DNA of 64,000 nt. It comes from Candidatus Bathyarchaeota archaeon RBG_16_48_13. Lineage in GTDB: Archaea > Thermoproteota > Bathyarchaeia > RBG-16-48-13. The stretch is taken from NCBI GenBank assembly GCA_001775995.1, contig MEZH01000001.1:1-64000 (forward strand). The letters run 5' to 3'. Below the pieces are notes generated by a model. It did not search any database and was not told the DNA's origin. It saw only the letters and a list, made by a program, of their open reading frames with translations. This document shows, piece after piece, positions 19,961-29,974 of this stretch. Each line of letters begins with the position of its first letter. The first letter of the stretch is position 1. Made by a program: the position numbers and the translations under genes.

Positions 19961-21244
19961 CTAAAGAAATGTTACTGCAGCAAAAACGCATGCACCCGAC
20001 ACGATCGGTACTGAGAGGTTATCATCTATTCTGAGAGGCAGGGATTCAACGAATAGTGCTACGGCCGCACAAAGGAGGGCAAAAGGATAGGAGAGAAATA
20101 TGGACGCTGAGATAAGGGCTGCTGCGAACCCGGCTAAAGAACCCTCCAATGTCTTCCCCTTGTTGTATGGTAGACTGAATGTCCCAAATCTTCTTCCGAC
20201 CAAGTTGGCGACTGAGTCGCCCACAGTGAAGACAGCAATGGCCGCGAAGGAGATTGGTCGAGGATACATAAGGAAGCTAGCTATTATACCTACGGCGAAA
20301 TAAATTGGGGTGACTACTAGAGACTGGAGTTCGCTCAATCTAGCCACAGAGTTGGTTACCTTTGCGAATATTGGAAATCTGCGGTCATTTAATCTGAAGA
20401 GTTCTGAAATCAAGTAAAAAGAAGACAGGAGGAGAATCACCAGAACAGTGCTGATCTCACCGATTTCCATTGCCAGCCAGGCAGTAAGAATTCCTGAGGA
20501 ATGAACCATGTTCCTTATCCAATCCTTCCTCCTCATACTGGGGGTCTCTTGGATATATTGCTCATCCATAAGGATCATGGGTAAGATGGCAGTCAATTTT
20601 CTTTGGTATAGAATTGTGTCTGATAGCTGGACTAGCTTTCGATCTGGGTTTATGCCTATCCTCATACCACTCCTTTCAAAGAGACGGATATTTGTGGCAT
20701 CGTCACCCACTGCAGCTGTCTCGTACGGAGTGATGCCTTCTATTTCACAGAACTCTACGATCGATCTGACCTTGCTTTCTTCGATGTATTGGCTGCCCAA
20801 GACACGCCCTGTAAGGAGACCGTCTTTTGCCTCCAGCTCGAGGCCTCTGAAAAAATCTGCATCCAATCTCTCCGCGAGTTTCTGCATAATAAGGTCAGGT
20901 ACGCCGCTGCTCAACAGAGCCGTTTTCAATCCATTCTTTTTCAATGCTTGGAATGTCTCAACTACACCTGGCTTCAATGGCATACCATGGTAAACATCTA
21001 ACAGGTCGCTTTCTCTTAGGCCCTTTATATTCGTAACGACTTTTACAATAACCTTTCCCAGACTGGCTAAACCTATTTCGTATAAGAAAGCGTGAAATAA
21101 AAACAGGAGAAAGCTTTTTGCACCCTTTCTCCTTGAGAGACTGTAGAGGAAGATGCCTCCTTTATTGAAGAAAATGTTGGAGCGTGCCTCTAGGATTACG
21201 CCTTCCACATCAAAAGCAACAAGCTTAATTTTCGTTGACGTCAA
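19961..21244 (-). CDS. Fusion of an N-terminal HAD (SerB-like) phosphatase and a C-terminal Sec59/VTE5-type CTP-dependent polyprenol/diacylglycerol kinase
   Basis: HAD motifs FDVEG, LLSSG and GDDATN; kinase motifs R-x3-H, GDSVANLVGRRFG, KTLEGS and DDNL, all in one uninterrupted ORF. Confidence 0.85.
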   Translation of the reverse strand: MTSTKIKLVAFDVEGVILEARSNIFFNKGGIFLYSLSRRKGAKSFLLFLFHAFLYEIGLASLGKVIVKVVTNIKGLRESDLLDVYHGMPLKPGVVETFQALKKNGLKTALLSSGVPDLIMQKLAERLDADFFRGLELEAKDGLLTGRVLGSQYIEESKVRSIVEFCEIEGITPYETAAVGDDATNIRLFERSGMRIGINPDRKLVQLSDTILYQRKLTAILPMILMDEQYIQETPSMRRKDWIRNMVHSSGILTAWLAMEIGEISTVLVILLLSSFYLISELFRLNDRRFPIFAKVTNSVARLSELQSLVVTPIYFAVGIIASFLMYPRPISFAAIAVFTVGDSVANLVGRRFGTFSLPYNKGKTLEGSLAGFAAALISASIFLSYPFALLCAAVALFVESLPLRIDDNLSVPIVSGACVFAAVTFL

Positions 21245-21268
21245 GGATTGATTTTACCGGCTTCATAT

Positions 21269-21895
21269 TTAGTTAGCTGGAGAATTTCTTATGAGGAAAC
21301 CACGCCAGAATAATAGATATTTGGCCTTGTCAACAATCTCCAAGTTGTATTTGTTGACGAGTCTGACGAATTCATCTTCTGTGAATGGTTTTTCATCGAC
21401 CCTGATTCCAAAAAAGTTGAAGAGCTTTTGAACAATTCTATATGATCTGTTATTGGTTGGAACAAAAATGAAGAGGAACCCATCTTCAGCCATAGCTTTA
21501 ACATGAATCTCGAAGGCTTTCACTCTCTCATCATCATAGAAATGCTCCAAAACGCCTTCGCTATGAACAAGAGTGAATCTGCTGTTAAGATGGAGATCAA
21601 AGAAGTCCTCCTTCAGGAATGTAGCACATAGCCCAGCTTTTTGGAACTCTTTCTTGACATTGTCTAGAGCGTAGTCACAGTAATCTACTAGAGTAGCAGA
21701 CCCTCCATACTCTTTTATGATCTTAAGAGAGTTGAGACCAAAACCACATCCTAACTCCAAGACACTCAGATCGCGCTTTTCAACTTCCTTGAGGAACTTT
21801 TGATATTGTCGCCAGGTAACTGACCTAGTGACTCTATCCAGTAACTTGAAGCGCTGAATGCTGTGCCAGAACGAATCCCAGTTTTCAGCCTTCAG
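21269..21895 (-). CDS. Class I SAM-dependent methyltransferase; probable CTG start at 21895
   Basis: VLELGCGFG motif I; frame open 45 codons upstream of the track start with a typical W-D-S-F-W N-terminus. Confidence 0.8.
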   Translation of the reverse strand: MKAENWDSFWHSIQRFKLLDRVTRSVTWRQYQKFLKEVEKRDLSVLELGCGFGLNSLKIIKEYGGSATLVDYCDYALDNVKKEFQKAGLCATFLKEDFFDLHLNSRFTLVHSEGVLEHFYDDERVKAFEIHVKAMAEDGFLFIFVPTNNRSYRIVQKLFNFFGIRVDEKPFTEDEFVRLVNKYNLEIVDKAKYLLFWRGFLIRNSPAN

Positions 21896-22056
21896 ATCTC
21901 AGGTCCCCCAAAAAGACTATTTCATGGTATGAATTCATTGGGTTAATTGCATTGGGTACACTATAAATTTATAAGAGATTTCTGATTTCGATAAACGCCA
22001 ATAAAAGGATTATTAGATATGCCTCAGATTTTCTAAGAGTCAAAGAGGATCTCTAA

Positions 22057-23313
22057 GTGCAGCTGACAGAAATTCTTGTTATATCGGGTCTAATTGAGAC
22101 ATTGATTCTGTTCTCCTACGCTGTGCGCTATTACTTGTTCTCTTTGACCGTCTTGTTCTTCAGGAACAGTGGAAAAGAAGAACCAACGATCTCAGGCCAT
22201 GCTGTAGGCCAATTTGTATCAATTATGCTACCAGTCTACAACGAACCCAATGTTGTCGATAGGTTGTTGAAATCATGCACGTCCTTTGACTATCCCAACT
22301 ACGAGGTGCTGGCTTTAGATGATTCGACAGACGAGACGACTGCTAAGTTGGAGAAGTGGAAAGCCCACCCAAGAGTAAAGGTGATTCACAGAAATTCTCG
22401 CAAAGGATGGAAAGGTGGGGCTTTGAACGAAGGGCTCGAACACTTGGACACCCGGAGCACTCATGTATTGATTCTGGATGCTGATTTTGTTCCTCCCAAA
22501 GATTTACTTCAGAGGTTCTTGGCGAAGTACTGCGATGGAGGGACAGTTGCGGTGCAAGGCTACCAGAATCACGACCTAAACGCTGAGGAAAACTGGTTGA
22601 CTAAAGGTGTCCGGGTGCTTTACAGTATTGACAACATGGTTGAACTCAATGCAAAAAACAAGTTAAAGCTCTTCAATTACTTGACAGGGAGCGTCTTTAT
22701 GATCAAGACGGAGATATTGAAGAGATTCAAGTTTGAGGATGATCTCACCGAGGACTGGAACCTCGCCCTCAGACTCTATGAAGCTGGCTACAAGATTATC
22801 TACGATCCAACTCTAAAGGCGTCGGGAGAATGCCCTCAGACTCTGTTTAGGCTCTTTAAGCAAAACTTGAGGTGGGCTGAAGGTCATACGAGAAATGTAA
22901 GAAGGCATCTGTTTAATATCCTATTCAGTAAATTAATTACTAGAAGGGAAAAGCTAGAATTCCTATTGCTAGGTAGCATCTATTTCAACGCTATCTTTGT
23001 TGTAGGCCTTACTCTTCTCGGAATATTTCTCATACCTTACTTCAGCCTAGTCTTGGCTAATCCCTTTGCTGTTCTAACTTGGCTTTTAGCGTTAATTGGA
23101 ATCCCCTCAACGGCCATTGCAGCTCTGGTCGCATTGTCCTTAGAGGGGGCCAAGAAGGACTTTGGCAAGATTCCAAACGCCCTATTTCTTGGATATATCT
23201 CAACTCCCATAATGGCATATGGTGCTTTGAAGGGAATTTTTACTGATAACGGACATTTTCAAAGGACGTACAAGACTGGAAGGATCGCAAGACCAAATCG
23301 TCCGAACGGTTGA
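22057..23313 (+). CDS. GT2 processive-type glycosyltransferase (CesA-like)
   Basis: DDS, KGGALN, DAD, TED and QNLRW (Q-x-x-R-W) motifs; C-terminal TM helices. Confidence 0.9.
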   Translation: MQLTEILVISGLIETLILFSYAVRYYLFSLTVLFFRNSGKEEPTISGHAVGQFVSIMLPVYNEPNVVDRLLKSCTSFDYPNYEVLALDDSTDETTAKLEKWKAHPRVKVIHRNSRKGWKGGALNEGLEHLDTRSTHVLILDADFVPPKDLLQRFLAKYCDGGTVAVQGYQNHDLNAEENWLTKGVRVLYSIDNMVELNAKNKLKLFNYLTGSVFMIKTEILKRFKFEDDLTEDWNLALRLYEAGYKIIYDPTLKASGECPQTLFRLFKQNLRWAEGHTRNVRRHLFNILFSKLITRREKLEFLLLGSIYFNAIFVVGLTLLGIFLIPYFSLVLANPFAVLTWLLALIGIPSTAIAALVALSLEGAKKDFGKIPNALFLGYISTPIMAYGALKGIFTDNGHFQRTYKTGRIARPNRPNG

Positions 23314-23391
23314 CAACAATCGATGGCGCTTATTGAAAACGGAACGAAGTTGAACACTTCAGGTGCTACTGACCAGACTCGATGGAAAGAA

Positions 23392-24354
23392 TCATTGATC
23401 CAACATACCTTTCACGGTACGTCGAACTGCTTGACGACTATTCCATTTTGGTCTCCAACCAAGCTTATTGATTTTGGAAATATCCAGAAGCATCCTTTTG
23501 ACATCGCCTTTCCATCCTCTGCCATCTGCAATTTTCCTAGTCAACCGAATCTCAGCCCCCTTCAGATTCATCTCACCCACAACGATTTCTGCTATTGCCA
23601 AAACATCTATCGTATCATTTGAGCCAACATTGAAGATCTCAACCTGATCCTGTGCTCCTTCTGCAGATGTGAGAATGGCTTCTGTGCAGTCATCCACGTA
23701 TAGATACGACTTGTTCTGAGATCCATCCCCCAGTATCTGAAGAACCTTGGAATTTCTTCTCAACTTGTCAATTAAGTCGTAGATTACACCGTGAGTACTG
23801 CCCGGCCCCACAATATTCGCTAGTCTGCATATTACTCCTCTGATACCGAATAAATGCGAATAACCAGATATCATAGCTTCAGATGCGAGTTTTGAGGCAC
23901 CATACAAAGAGATTGGCTTCAGCGGTCCATAACATTCAGGGGTCGGAACTATGTTGGCGTCGCCATATATCGTTGATGAGGAAGTGAAGACGATATTTCT
24001 ACAGCTTTTGCTGTTTCTCATGGCCTCCAAAAGGCGGTAGGTATTCGAAATGTTCTGTTCAAAGTCGATTTTGGTATCGCTTACCCCAATTCTGACGTCA
24101 GGGTTTGCTGCCAAATGAAAAACAATGTCACAATCTTCTAACGCCGTTTTCGTCGTATCTAGATTCAACATATCCATCTTAAGGAATGTAAAACGGTTAT
24201 TGCCAATCCACTGTTCAAGGTTCTCTAACCTTCCGGCACTCAAATTGTCCAGAACAACAATCTCGCACCCACGGTTCATCAAATCACTCACTAAGCGGCT
24301 TCCTATAAAGCCGGCGCCGCCAGTGACGAGAGCTTTATTCCATGTCAAAGACAA
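23392..24354 (-). CDS. NAD-dependent epimerase/dehydratase (UDP-glucose 4-epimerase-like)
   Basis: TGGAGFIGS and YGASK extended-SDR motifs. Confidence 0.92.
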   Translation of the reverse strand: MSLTWNKALVTGGAGFIGSRLVSDLMNRGCEIVVLDNLSAGRLENLEQWIGNNRFTFLKMDMLNLDTTKTALEDCDIVFHLAANPDVRIGVSDTKIDFEQNISNTYRLLEAMRNSKSCRNIVFTSSSTIYGDANIVPTPECYGPLKPISLYGASKLASEAMISGYSHLFGIRGVICRLANIVGPGSTHGVIYDLIDKLRRNSKVLQILGDGSQNKSYLYVDDCTEAILTSAEGAQDQVEIFNVGSNDTIDVLAIAEIVVGEMNLKGAEIRLTRKIADGRGWKGDVKRMLLDISKINKLGWRPKWNSRQAVRRTVKGMLDQ

Positions 24355-24572
24355 GAATCACCCGTCTTCTATAGGTAATAGACTTCTTATACGTTGCCGC
24401 TTGCCTTTAAGAATGATTGATAGAAAAGGATCCCTGAATAAACCCCAAAATACTGCTTGCTAAGGTAGATCCACGGCAGCGCACTTTCTAAAAGTCTGAG
24501 AGAGTCTAGTTGTCACTTGCAGAAAGTAATAATGTCAGAATAAAAGTAAAAAGAGGGAGTATTATCGCGTAT

Positions 24573-25079
24573 TTATTCCCTACGGAATCCACCGCGGCTT
24601 CTGCCGTATCCGCCGCCGCCTCCACCTCTACCATATCCGCCGCCGCCTCCACCTCTACCATATCCGCCGCCGCCTCCACCTCTGTAAGGTGAGAAACGTC
24701 TCTCCTCCTCATACTTCTTCTCAGACATGTTGTTGTCGCTGTTGACGGAAATCTCTTTCTGAACCTTCTCGAACGACCCGTATCGTCCTATGTTCAATCG
24801 CATAGAGCCTTGGAATAGGGTGACATAACCATTCTTTATACTCAAAACGTCTCCATCGCTAACTTGGTCTATTTTGTCATCCCATAGGGTCATCAGTATC
24901 GTTCCCGTCTCATCTCCAACAGGAGTGTCCGAAACCCGATGAGTTGTATCATCTCTTCTAGATGTTATTTCTCTTACCTCGCCCTTAGACATGACTTTTA
25001 CAGTCAGATTGACTTGTCTAGAGGCTGGGGTCAGTCTATCCACTTTTGTCTCAATCATGGGTGCTTCTACTTCAGCCAT
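24573..25079 (-). CDS. Single-OB-fold ssDNA-binding protein with a Gly/Tyr/Arg-rich tail
   Basis: VGDETG, LWDD, NGYV and LNIGRYG crenarchaeal SSB signature. Confidence 0.88.
   Translation of the reverse strand: MAEVEAPMIETKVDRLTPASRQVNLTVKVMSKGEVREITSRRDDTTHRVSDTPVGDETGTILMTLWDDKIDQVSDGDVLSIKNGYVTLFQGSMRLNIGRYGSFEKVQKEISVNSDNNMSEKKYEEERRFSPYRGGGGGGYGRGGGGGGYGRGGGGGGYGRSRGGFRRE
24607..24683. repeat. 27-bp tandem repeat, about 2.9 copies, encoding RGGGGGGYG
   Basis: Unit tatccgccgccgcctccacctctacca starts at 24607, 24634 and 24661. Confidence 0.95.
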
Positions 25080-25183
25080 ATGAAATGTCGCCTACATGCT
25101 GGTTTTTTGAATGAAAAACAATCTGTGCAGTAGCTTATTAAAGGTTAGGGTGCACCGGTTATGAAAGACGTGGCATGAGAAAG

Positions 25184-25474
25184 TCACTGTGCTACCTTAA
25201 GCTGACCATATCTACCTACATTGAGTTGATTCTCACCTTTGAAGGACGTAACGTAGCCGTTCGTAATCTCCACTACGGCCCCAACGGAAACTTTCCCAAT
25301 GTCTTCGTTCCATAGAGAGAGCTTCATTTTTCCAGAGTCGTCTTCTATTATGACTGTCGCGACTGTTGCGTTGGAACCGAATTTGGTCATAACTTCTCGA
25401 GGTTCAGAGATCTCAACAACTTTAGCCTTGACATTGACTTGCTTCATGCCAGCAGTTATCTCAGACAATTCCAT
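25184..25474 (-). CDS. Single-OB-fold ssDNA-binding protein (SSB paralog)
   Basis: DDSG, LWNE, NGYV and LNVGRYG. Confidence 0.9.
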   Translation of the reverse strand: MELSEITAGMKQVNVKAKVVEISEPREVMTKFGSNATVATVIIEDDSGKMKLSLWNEDIGKVSVGAVVEITNGYVTSFKGENQLNVGRYGQLKVAQ

Positions 25475-25623
25475 TACGAATCACCAAATGGACTCTTGCA
25501 CATTGATTCTCTAATGAAGTTGAAAGACTTCACAATAAGACCGAGAGTTTACAGATTATATATAAGCATTTACCAAGAGAAGTAACTCATCAATTAGACA
25601 TCCTTAGAGAGAAGTGCAATACC

Positions 25624-26718
25624 TTGAAAGCTTTGATCCTCGCTGGCGGTTTTGCCACAAGGCTCCGTCCCCTGAGCTGTACTAGGCCGAAACAGCTCTT
25701 TCCGATAGTCAATAAGCCGTTGCTTGATTGGGTCATAGAAAATCTGGAAAGAAATGGAGTAAAAGAGATAGTGGTCGCTGTCAATTACATGGCGGATGCT
25801 CTGAGAAATTACTACGAAAAGAAGCAGACCAAAGCTACCATAATATTCTCTCTAGAGAATAGGCCACTTGGGACTGCAGGTCCCATAAAGAATGCGGAGC
25901 CTAACCTGAAAGGGAAAGAACCGTTCTTTGTCATCAATGGTGACATACTTTCAAACATGAATCTGAGGAAGATGAAGAATGCTCATGATCGAATTCCAGG
26001 ACCTGCTACAATAGCCTTAAGGAGGGTTGATGACGCCAGCAGGTTTGGGGTTGTAGATTTGGACGAGGAGAAATACATCCGTAGGTTTGTCGAGAAACCA
26101 AAGGGTGAAAATAGGAACAGGCTAATAAATGCAGGTGCCTACATCCTCAGCCAAGAGATCTTCGACCTTATACCTGAAGAGAACAGGAAGATTTCCATAG
26201 AAAGAGAGATCTTTCCGATACTAGCCAAGGAAGGGAAACTGCGAGGCTATATCACAGAGGGTCTTTGGATGGATATAGGAACCCACCCCGACTACCTACA
26301 AGCCAATTTCGCGCTCCTTAAGATGCCCGGAAAGAAGAACAGCATAGGAAGAAATGTGAAAATCAGTCCAAATGCAAAGATCGTGGAGCCGGTGGCAATC
26401 GGGGACGAAGTTGTAGTAAACGAGGGAGCGAAAATAGGTCCGCTTACCGTTGTAGGGGATAACTCTGAGATAGATGAAGGCTGCAGTATAGAAAGATCCG
26501 TATTATTCCCTAGATGCCTCATTGAAAGCTCCACATCCATCAAAGAAGCCATAATAGGGGAAGGGACAGTCATAGGGAGACGGGTCAAGATAGGGGAACA
26601 AAGTGTCATAGGGGACCATTGTGAGATCCTGGATGATGTCATCCTCAACAAGAACGTCAAGGTCTGCCCTTCCAAAGAAGTTGGGGAGAACGTTCTGGAA
26701 TCATGTCACATCATGTGA
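25624..26718 (+). CDS. NDP-sugar synthase (mannose-1-phosphate guanylyltransferase-like)
   Basis: LAGGFATRLRPL, PLGTAG and INGD motifs; C-terminal hexapeptide repeats. Confidence 0.92.
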   Translation: MKALILAGGFATRLRPLSCTRPKQLFPIVNKPLLDWVIENLERNGVKEIVVAVNYMADALRNYYEKKQTKATIIFSLENRPLGTAGPIKNAEPNLKGKEPFFVINGDILSNMNLRKMKNAHDRIPGPATIALRRVDDASRFGVVDLDEEKYIRRFVEKPKGENRNRLINAGAYILSQEIFDLIPEENRKISIEREIFPILAKEGKLRGYITEGLWMDIGTHPDYLQANFALLKMPGKKNSIGRNVKISPNAKIVEPVAIGDEVVVNEGAKIGPLTVVGDNSEIDEGCSIERSVLFPRCLIESSTSIKEAIIGEGTVIGRRVKIGEQSVIGDHCEILDDVILNKNVKVCPSKEVGENVLESCHIM

Positions 26719-26776
26719 GAGTTCAAGAACCTGAGCGCGTGAGAGATATTTCCTCAGAAATTGAGGGGAAATAGCT

Positions 26777-28162
26777 ATGATAAGAAGGAAGCTCTTCGGC
26801 ACCAATGGCGTCAGAGGTTTAGCTAATATTGACCTTACACCTAGTTTCGTCTCAAGTCTAGGTCAAGCCATAGGCACTTTCTTCGGCTCCTCTAAGACAA
26901 TTTACTTGGGAATGGATGGTCGCACCTCTGGTCCTTTCATAAAATACGCTTTGATGAGCGGCCTTATGTCGGTGGGATGCAGAGTGGTAGATACCGGGAT
27001 GGTGCCTACGCCAGCCCTCCAATATGCTGTGACTGCAGAAGAGGCAGATGGCGGTGTGATGATAACCGCTAGCCATAATCCCCCAGAATACAACGGAATA
27101 AAAGTTGCAGGAAAAGACGGGATTGAGATCTCAGGTGAAGATGAAAAGGCAATAGAAGATACCTACTACGCTGGAAGTTGGAAGACCGTCTCATGGGAGC
27201 AAGTCCACGAAGCCTCGACCAATTCGGGGATCCTTGACCTGTATAGGAAAGCGATAAAAAAGCATGTGGACGTTGACTCCATCACTAAGGCTGGACTTAA
27301 GGTTGTTGTGGACCCAGGAAACGGGGTAGGTAGCCTTGTTACTCCTTACCTATTGAGAGAACTTGGATGCGCGGTTACCACCATCAATAGTCATATTGAT
27401 GGGATCTCTCCCAGCAGAATGCCGGAGCCGACACCCGCATCTCTTCAAGATCTCATGATAACCGTCAAAGCCCTGGGTGCTGATTTGGGAATTGCCCATG
27501 ATGGCGATGCTGATCGGGCAGTCTTCATAGATGATCGGGGAGGGTTTCAATGGGGCGACAGGACTTTCGGTCTGATTGAAAAGTTCTTTCTCAAGAGTAA
27601 TCCGGGGAGCGTAATTGTGACCCCGGTCAGTTCTTCGCAAATGATAGCAGAGATTGCTGAAAGTTTTCACGGAAAGGTGGAGTTCACTCGAGTAGGAAGC
27701 ACGGTAGTATCAAGGAGAATGGTCGAGATCGGAGCTATGCTGGGAGGAGAGGAGAATGGGGGGGTGTTCTACGGTCCTCATCAGTCGGTCCGTGATGGTG
27801 CCATGACAGCTGCTCTATTACTTGATATAATAGCAAAGGAGGGGAAAGCTCTGTCAGAGCTGCTAAATGAACTCCCTCGATACTATTCGGTTAAGGATAA
27901 GGTGGTTTGTCCCAATAACATGAAGAACGAGGTCACACGTGAATTCATATCAGCGGTCAAAGCCGAGAGGTTTGAGACCATTGACGGCATAAAGATATGG
28001 CCAGATAAGAAAAGCTGGATACTAATAAGACCCAGCGGAACGGAACCAATTTTCAGAATATTTGTCGAATCAACGACAGAGAAAAAAACTAGAGAACTAC
28101 TCGACGCAAATAAGAAGTTGCTGATAAATATCGTGAAGAAATTGAAGAGAAGATTAACCTAA
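26777..28162 (+). CDS. glmM: Phosphoglucosamine mutase / phosphomannomutase
   Basis: FGTNG, TASHNP, DGDADR, GEENGG and RPSGTEP motifs. Confidence 0.88.
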   Translation: MIRRKLFGTNGVRGLANIDLTPSFVSSLGQAIGTFFGSSKTIYLGMDGRTSGPFIKYALMSGLMSVGCRVVDTGMVPTPALQYAVTAEEADGGVMITASHNPPEYNGIKVAGKDGIEISGEDEKAIEDTYYAGSWKTVSWEQVHEASTNSGILDLYRKAIKKHVDVDSITKAGLKVVVDPGNGVGSLVTPYLLRELGCAVTTINSHIDGISPSRMPEPTPASLQDLMITVKALGADLGIAHDGDADRAVFIDDRGGFQWGDRTFGLIEKFFLKSNPGSVIVTPVSSSQMIAEIAESFHGKVEFTRVGSTVVSRRMVEIGAMLGGEENGGVFYGPHQSVRDGAMTAALLLDIIAKEGKALSELLNELPRYYSVKDKVVCPNNMKNEVTREFISAVKAERFETIDGIKIWPDKKSWILIRPSGTEPIFRIFVESTTEKKTRELLDANKKLLINIVKKLKRRLT

Positions 28163-28645
28163 TGTGTAACCGAGCTTCTTTACCAGCTCCCGTCGCTCTG
28201 TTCGCTGCGCTTCATTCTCTATGTTCTCCGCGCTTTTTCCGTCTACAACGCCTATAATGGATTTGCCCAGCTGCGTCTTGCCCACCAAAACCTCCACGTT
28301 GTTGGCTGTTGCAGCCAAGATGGAACAAACCCCGGGCAATTTTTTAATCTCGTTAAGGACATTGATTGGATATGCATTTTCGAAAATTATGAGGAAAGCG
28401 TGGCCAGCACCTATTCTCATCAGGTTTTCTGCTGCCCTTTGTCCCAGAGATTCATCATTGCAGGCATAACGAGTGAGCTTGGGAACTGCTTCGTTGAATG
28501 CCACGCCGACTTTTATGCCTTGGACTGAGTCGAGACAGGCCCGATAAACGTCGTCAACCATCTTTATCGAGAAGTTGCCCATTCCAATTACTACCTGTTG
28601 ACTCGGTTTCTTGTCAATTTTAACCACTTCTACATCGACCTGCAT
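28154..28645 (-). CDS. Adenosine-specific kinase family (DUF355)
   Basis: GVAFNEA, AYPINVLNEIK, ATAN and GVVDG motifs. Confidence 0.85.
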   Translation of the reverse strand: MQVDVEVVKIDKKPSQQVVIGMGNFSIKMVDDVYRACLDSVQGIKVGVAFNEAVPKLTRYACNDESLGQRAAENLMRIGAGHAFLIIFENAYPINVLNEIKKLPGVCSILAATANNVEVLVGKTQLGKSIIGVVDGKSAENIENEAQRTERRELVKKLGYTLG

Positions 28646-28731
28646 GCCTCAACCACCGCTAACCTTCACAACTAAATTGAAATGAGAGGATTTTAAGAAT
28701 ATCACAGATTGTGGGGTAATCAATGTTCTGT

Positions 28732-29913
28732 TCAATTGGCTCCTGGATCAATCTTAATATGACCGAAGCGACCTAGATTCAGCTCAATTTTGCCATTCAA
28801 GCCTTCCTTCGTGTAAGCGTCCTCGATAAGAATAGCATCTCCTACGTTTAGGCGCGTCGTCAGTTCTGTATTATGGTCCCAAAGAGTGAGCCTAACTTCG
28901 CCGGTCTCGTCCCCAACTATCATGGAAACAACCTTGCCGGCTGAACCATCAGATCGTTCAAACCCCCTTATGGGACCAATCTCGATGATTCTGGCAGAAA
29001 CATCTAAGCTACTCATGCTAGATTGAAGAGCAGATATTTTGCATTCAGTCTGTTGTCTTAAGAGCCCTTTAGGAGGAGCCAATTTTGATACGGTAGAGCT
29101 AGCCTCCACATGAATCTCAGTCTTGCCGTTCTGATTTTTCTTGGTTCTTCCTCGTTCTATCTGAACGTAGTCGTCTCTCTTCAATTCTCTCATTTCCTCG
29201 ACTTTTTCGTTCCAGGCGACTGCGGGTATCTTCCCTGTCTCGTCCTCCAAGAGAAATCTCTGAACCCTGCCGTGACCGTCCTTTTTCTCAAAGAACGAGA
29301 CTTCCGAGATTCTTGAAATGAATCCCCTGAGGTTTACTACTACATCCTTGTCGTTTATCTCGGAGACTTTCTTAGAAAAATCCTGAATATTCGGGTAGTT
29401 GTGTTCGTCGGCGTCGACTTTACGAACAAGCTTTCCCCGGAGTCCCACATTCAATTCGGCATTTCCGTCTAGGCCGGCCTTGACATAGCCATGAAGGACC
29501 CTAATGATTTGCCCGAGCTCAAGTTTCTTCTCTTCCAAGAGGTTTGCGTTGTCTCCCCAGAGATTTACCCTTAATGTTCCGCTTTTGTCTGCTATCACAA
29601 GGCGCAAAAGTTTTCCTGCTTTACCATCTTTGCTGGTGAAACTTTGGGGTGAATAGATGTTTATCACACGCCCTGTTACAGAAGCATCGTTTGCACCAGT
29701 CATGAGATCTTTGATCAGAAGCTCAGTTTTCAATTGGGTCTTGTCGTTAATTGATATTTCGAGATCAGATGCCACTAAAATCACAGCACCACGGTCGGTA
29801 AGTAAATTACCATAATCTTCCTTTTTTTTGTCGACGAGTTTTTTCACGTCATCCTTGGTCAGGTCTTTCCGAAATTTCAGAATCCGTTCTGTCATATCGT
29901 CCAAAGACAGCAA
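28732..29913 (-). CDS. Replication protein A-like protein with three OB folds
   Basis: Three repeats of D-x-(S/T)G-x5-W OB motifs; euryarchaeal RPA-type N-terminal helical domain. Confidence 0.88.
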   Translation of the reverse strand: MLSLDDMTERILKFRKDLTKDDVKKLVDKKKEDYGNLLTDRGAVILVASDLEISINDKTQLKTELLIKDLMTGANDASVTGRVINIYSPQSFTSKDGKAGKLLRLVIADKSGTLRVNLWGDNANLLEEKKLELGQIIRVLHGYVKAGLDGNAELNVGLRGKLVRKVDADEHNYPNIQDFSKKVSEINDKDVVVNLRGFISRISEVSFFEKKDGHGRVQRFLLEDETGKIPAVAWNEKVEEMRELKRDDYVQIERGRTKKNQNGKTEIHVEASSTVSKLAPPKGLLRQQTECKISALQSSMSSLDVSARIIEIGPIRGFERSDGSAGKVVSMIVGDETGEVRLTLWDHNTELTTRLNVGDAILIEDAYTKEGLNGKIELNLGRFGHIKIDPGAN

Positions 29914-29974
29914 TCCACACCACCCAAGGAATGTTCGGAAATTCTATCCTTTCCGGTCTGTAATAGAGTTTTAC

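Noticed and set aside
4530-24683. The 69-bp and 27-bp repeats as CRISPR arrays
   Set aside because: Both are contiguous in-frame coding repeats without spacers, and there are no cas genes.
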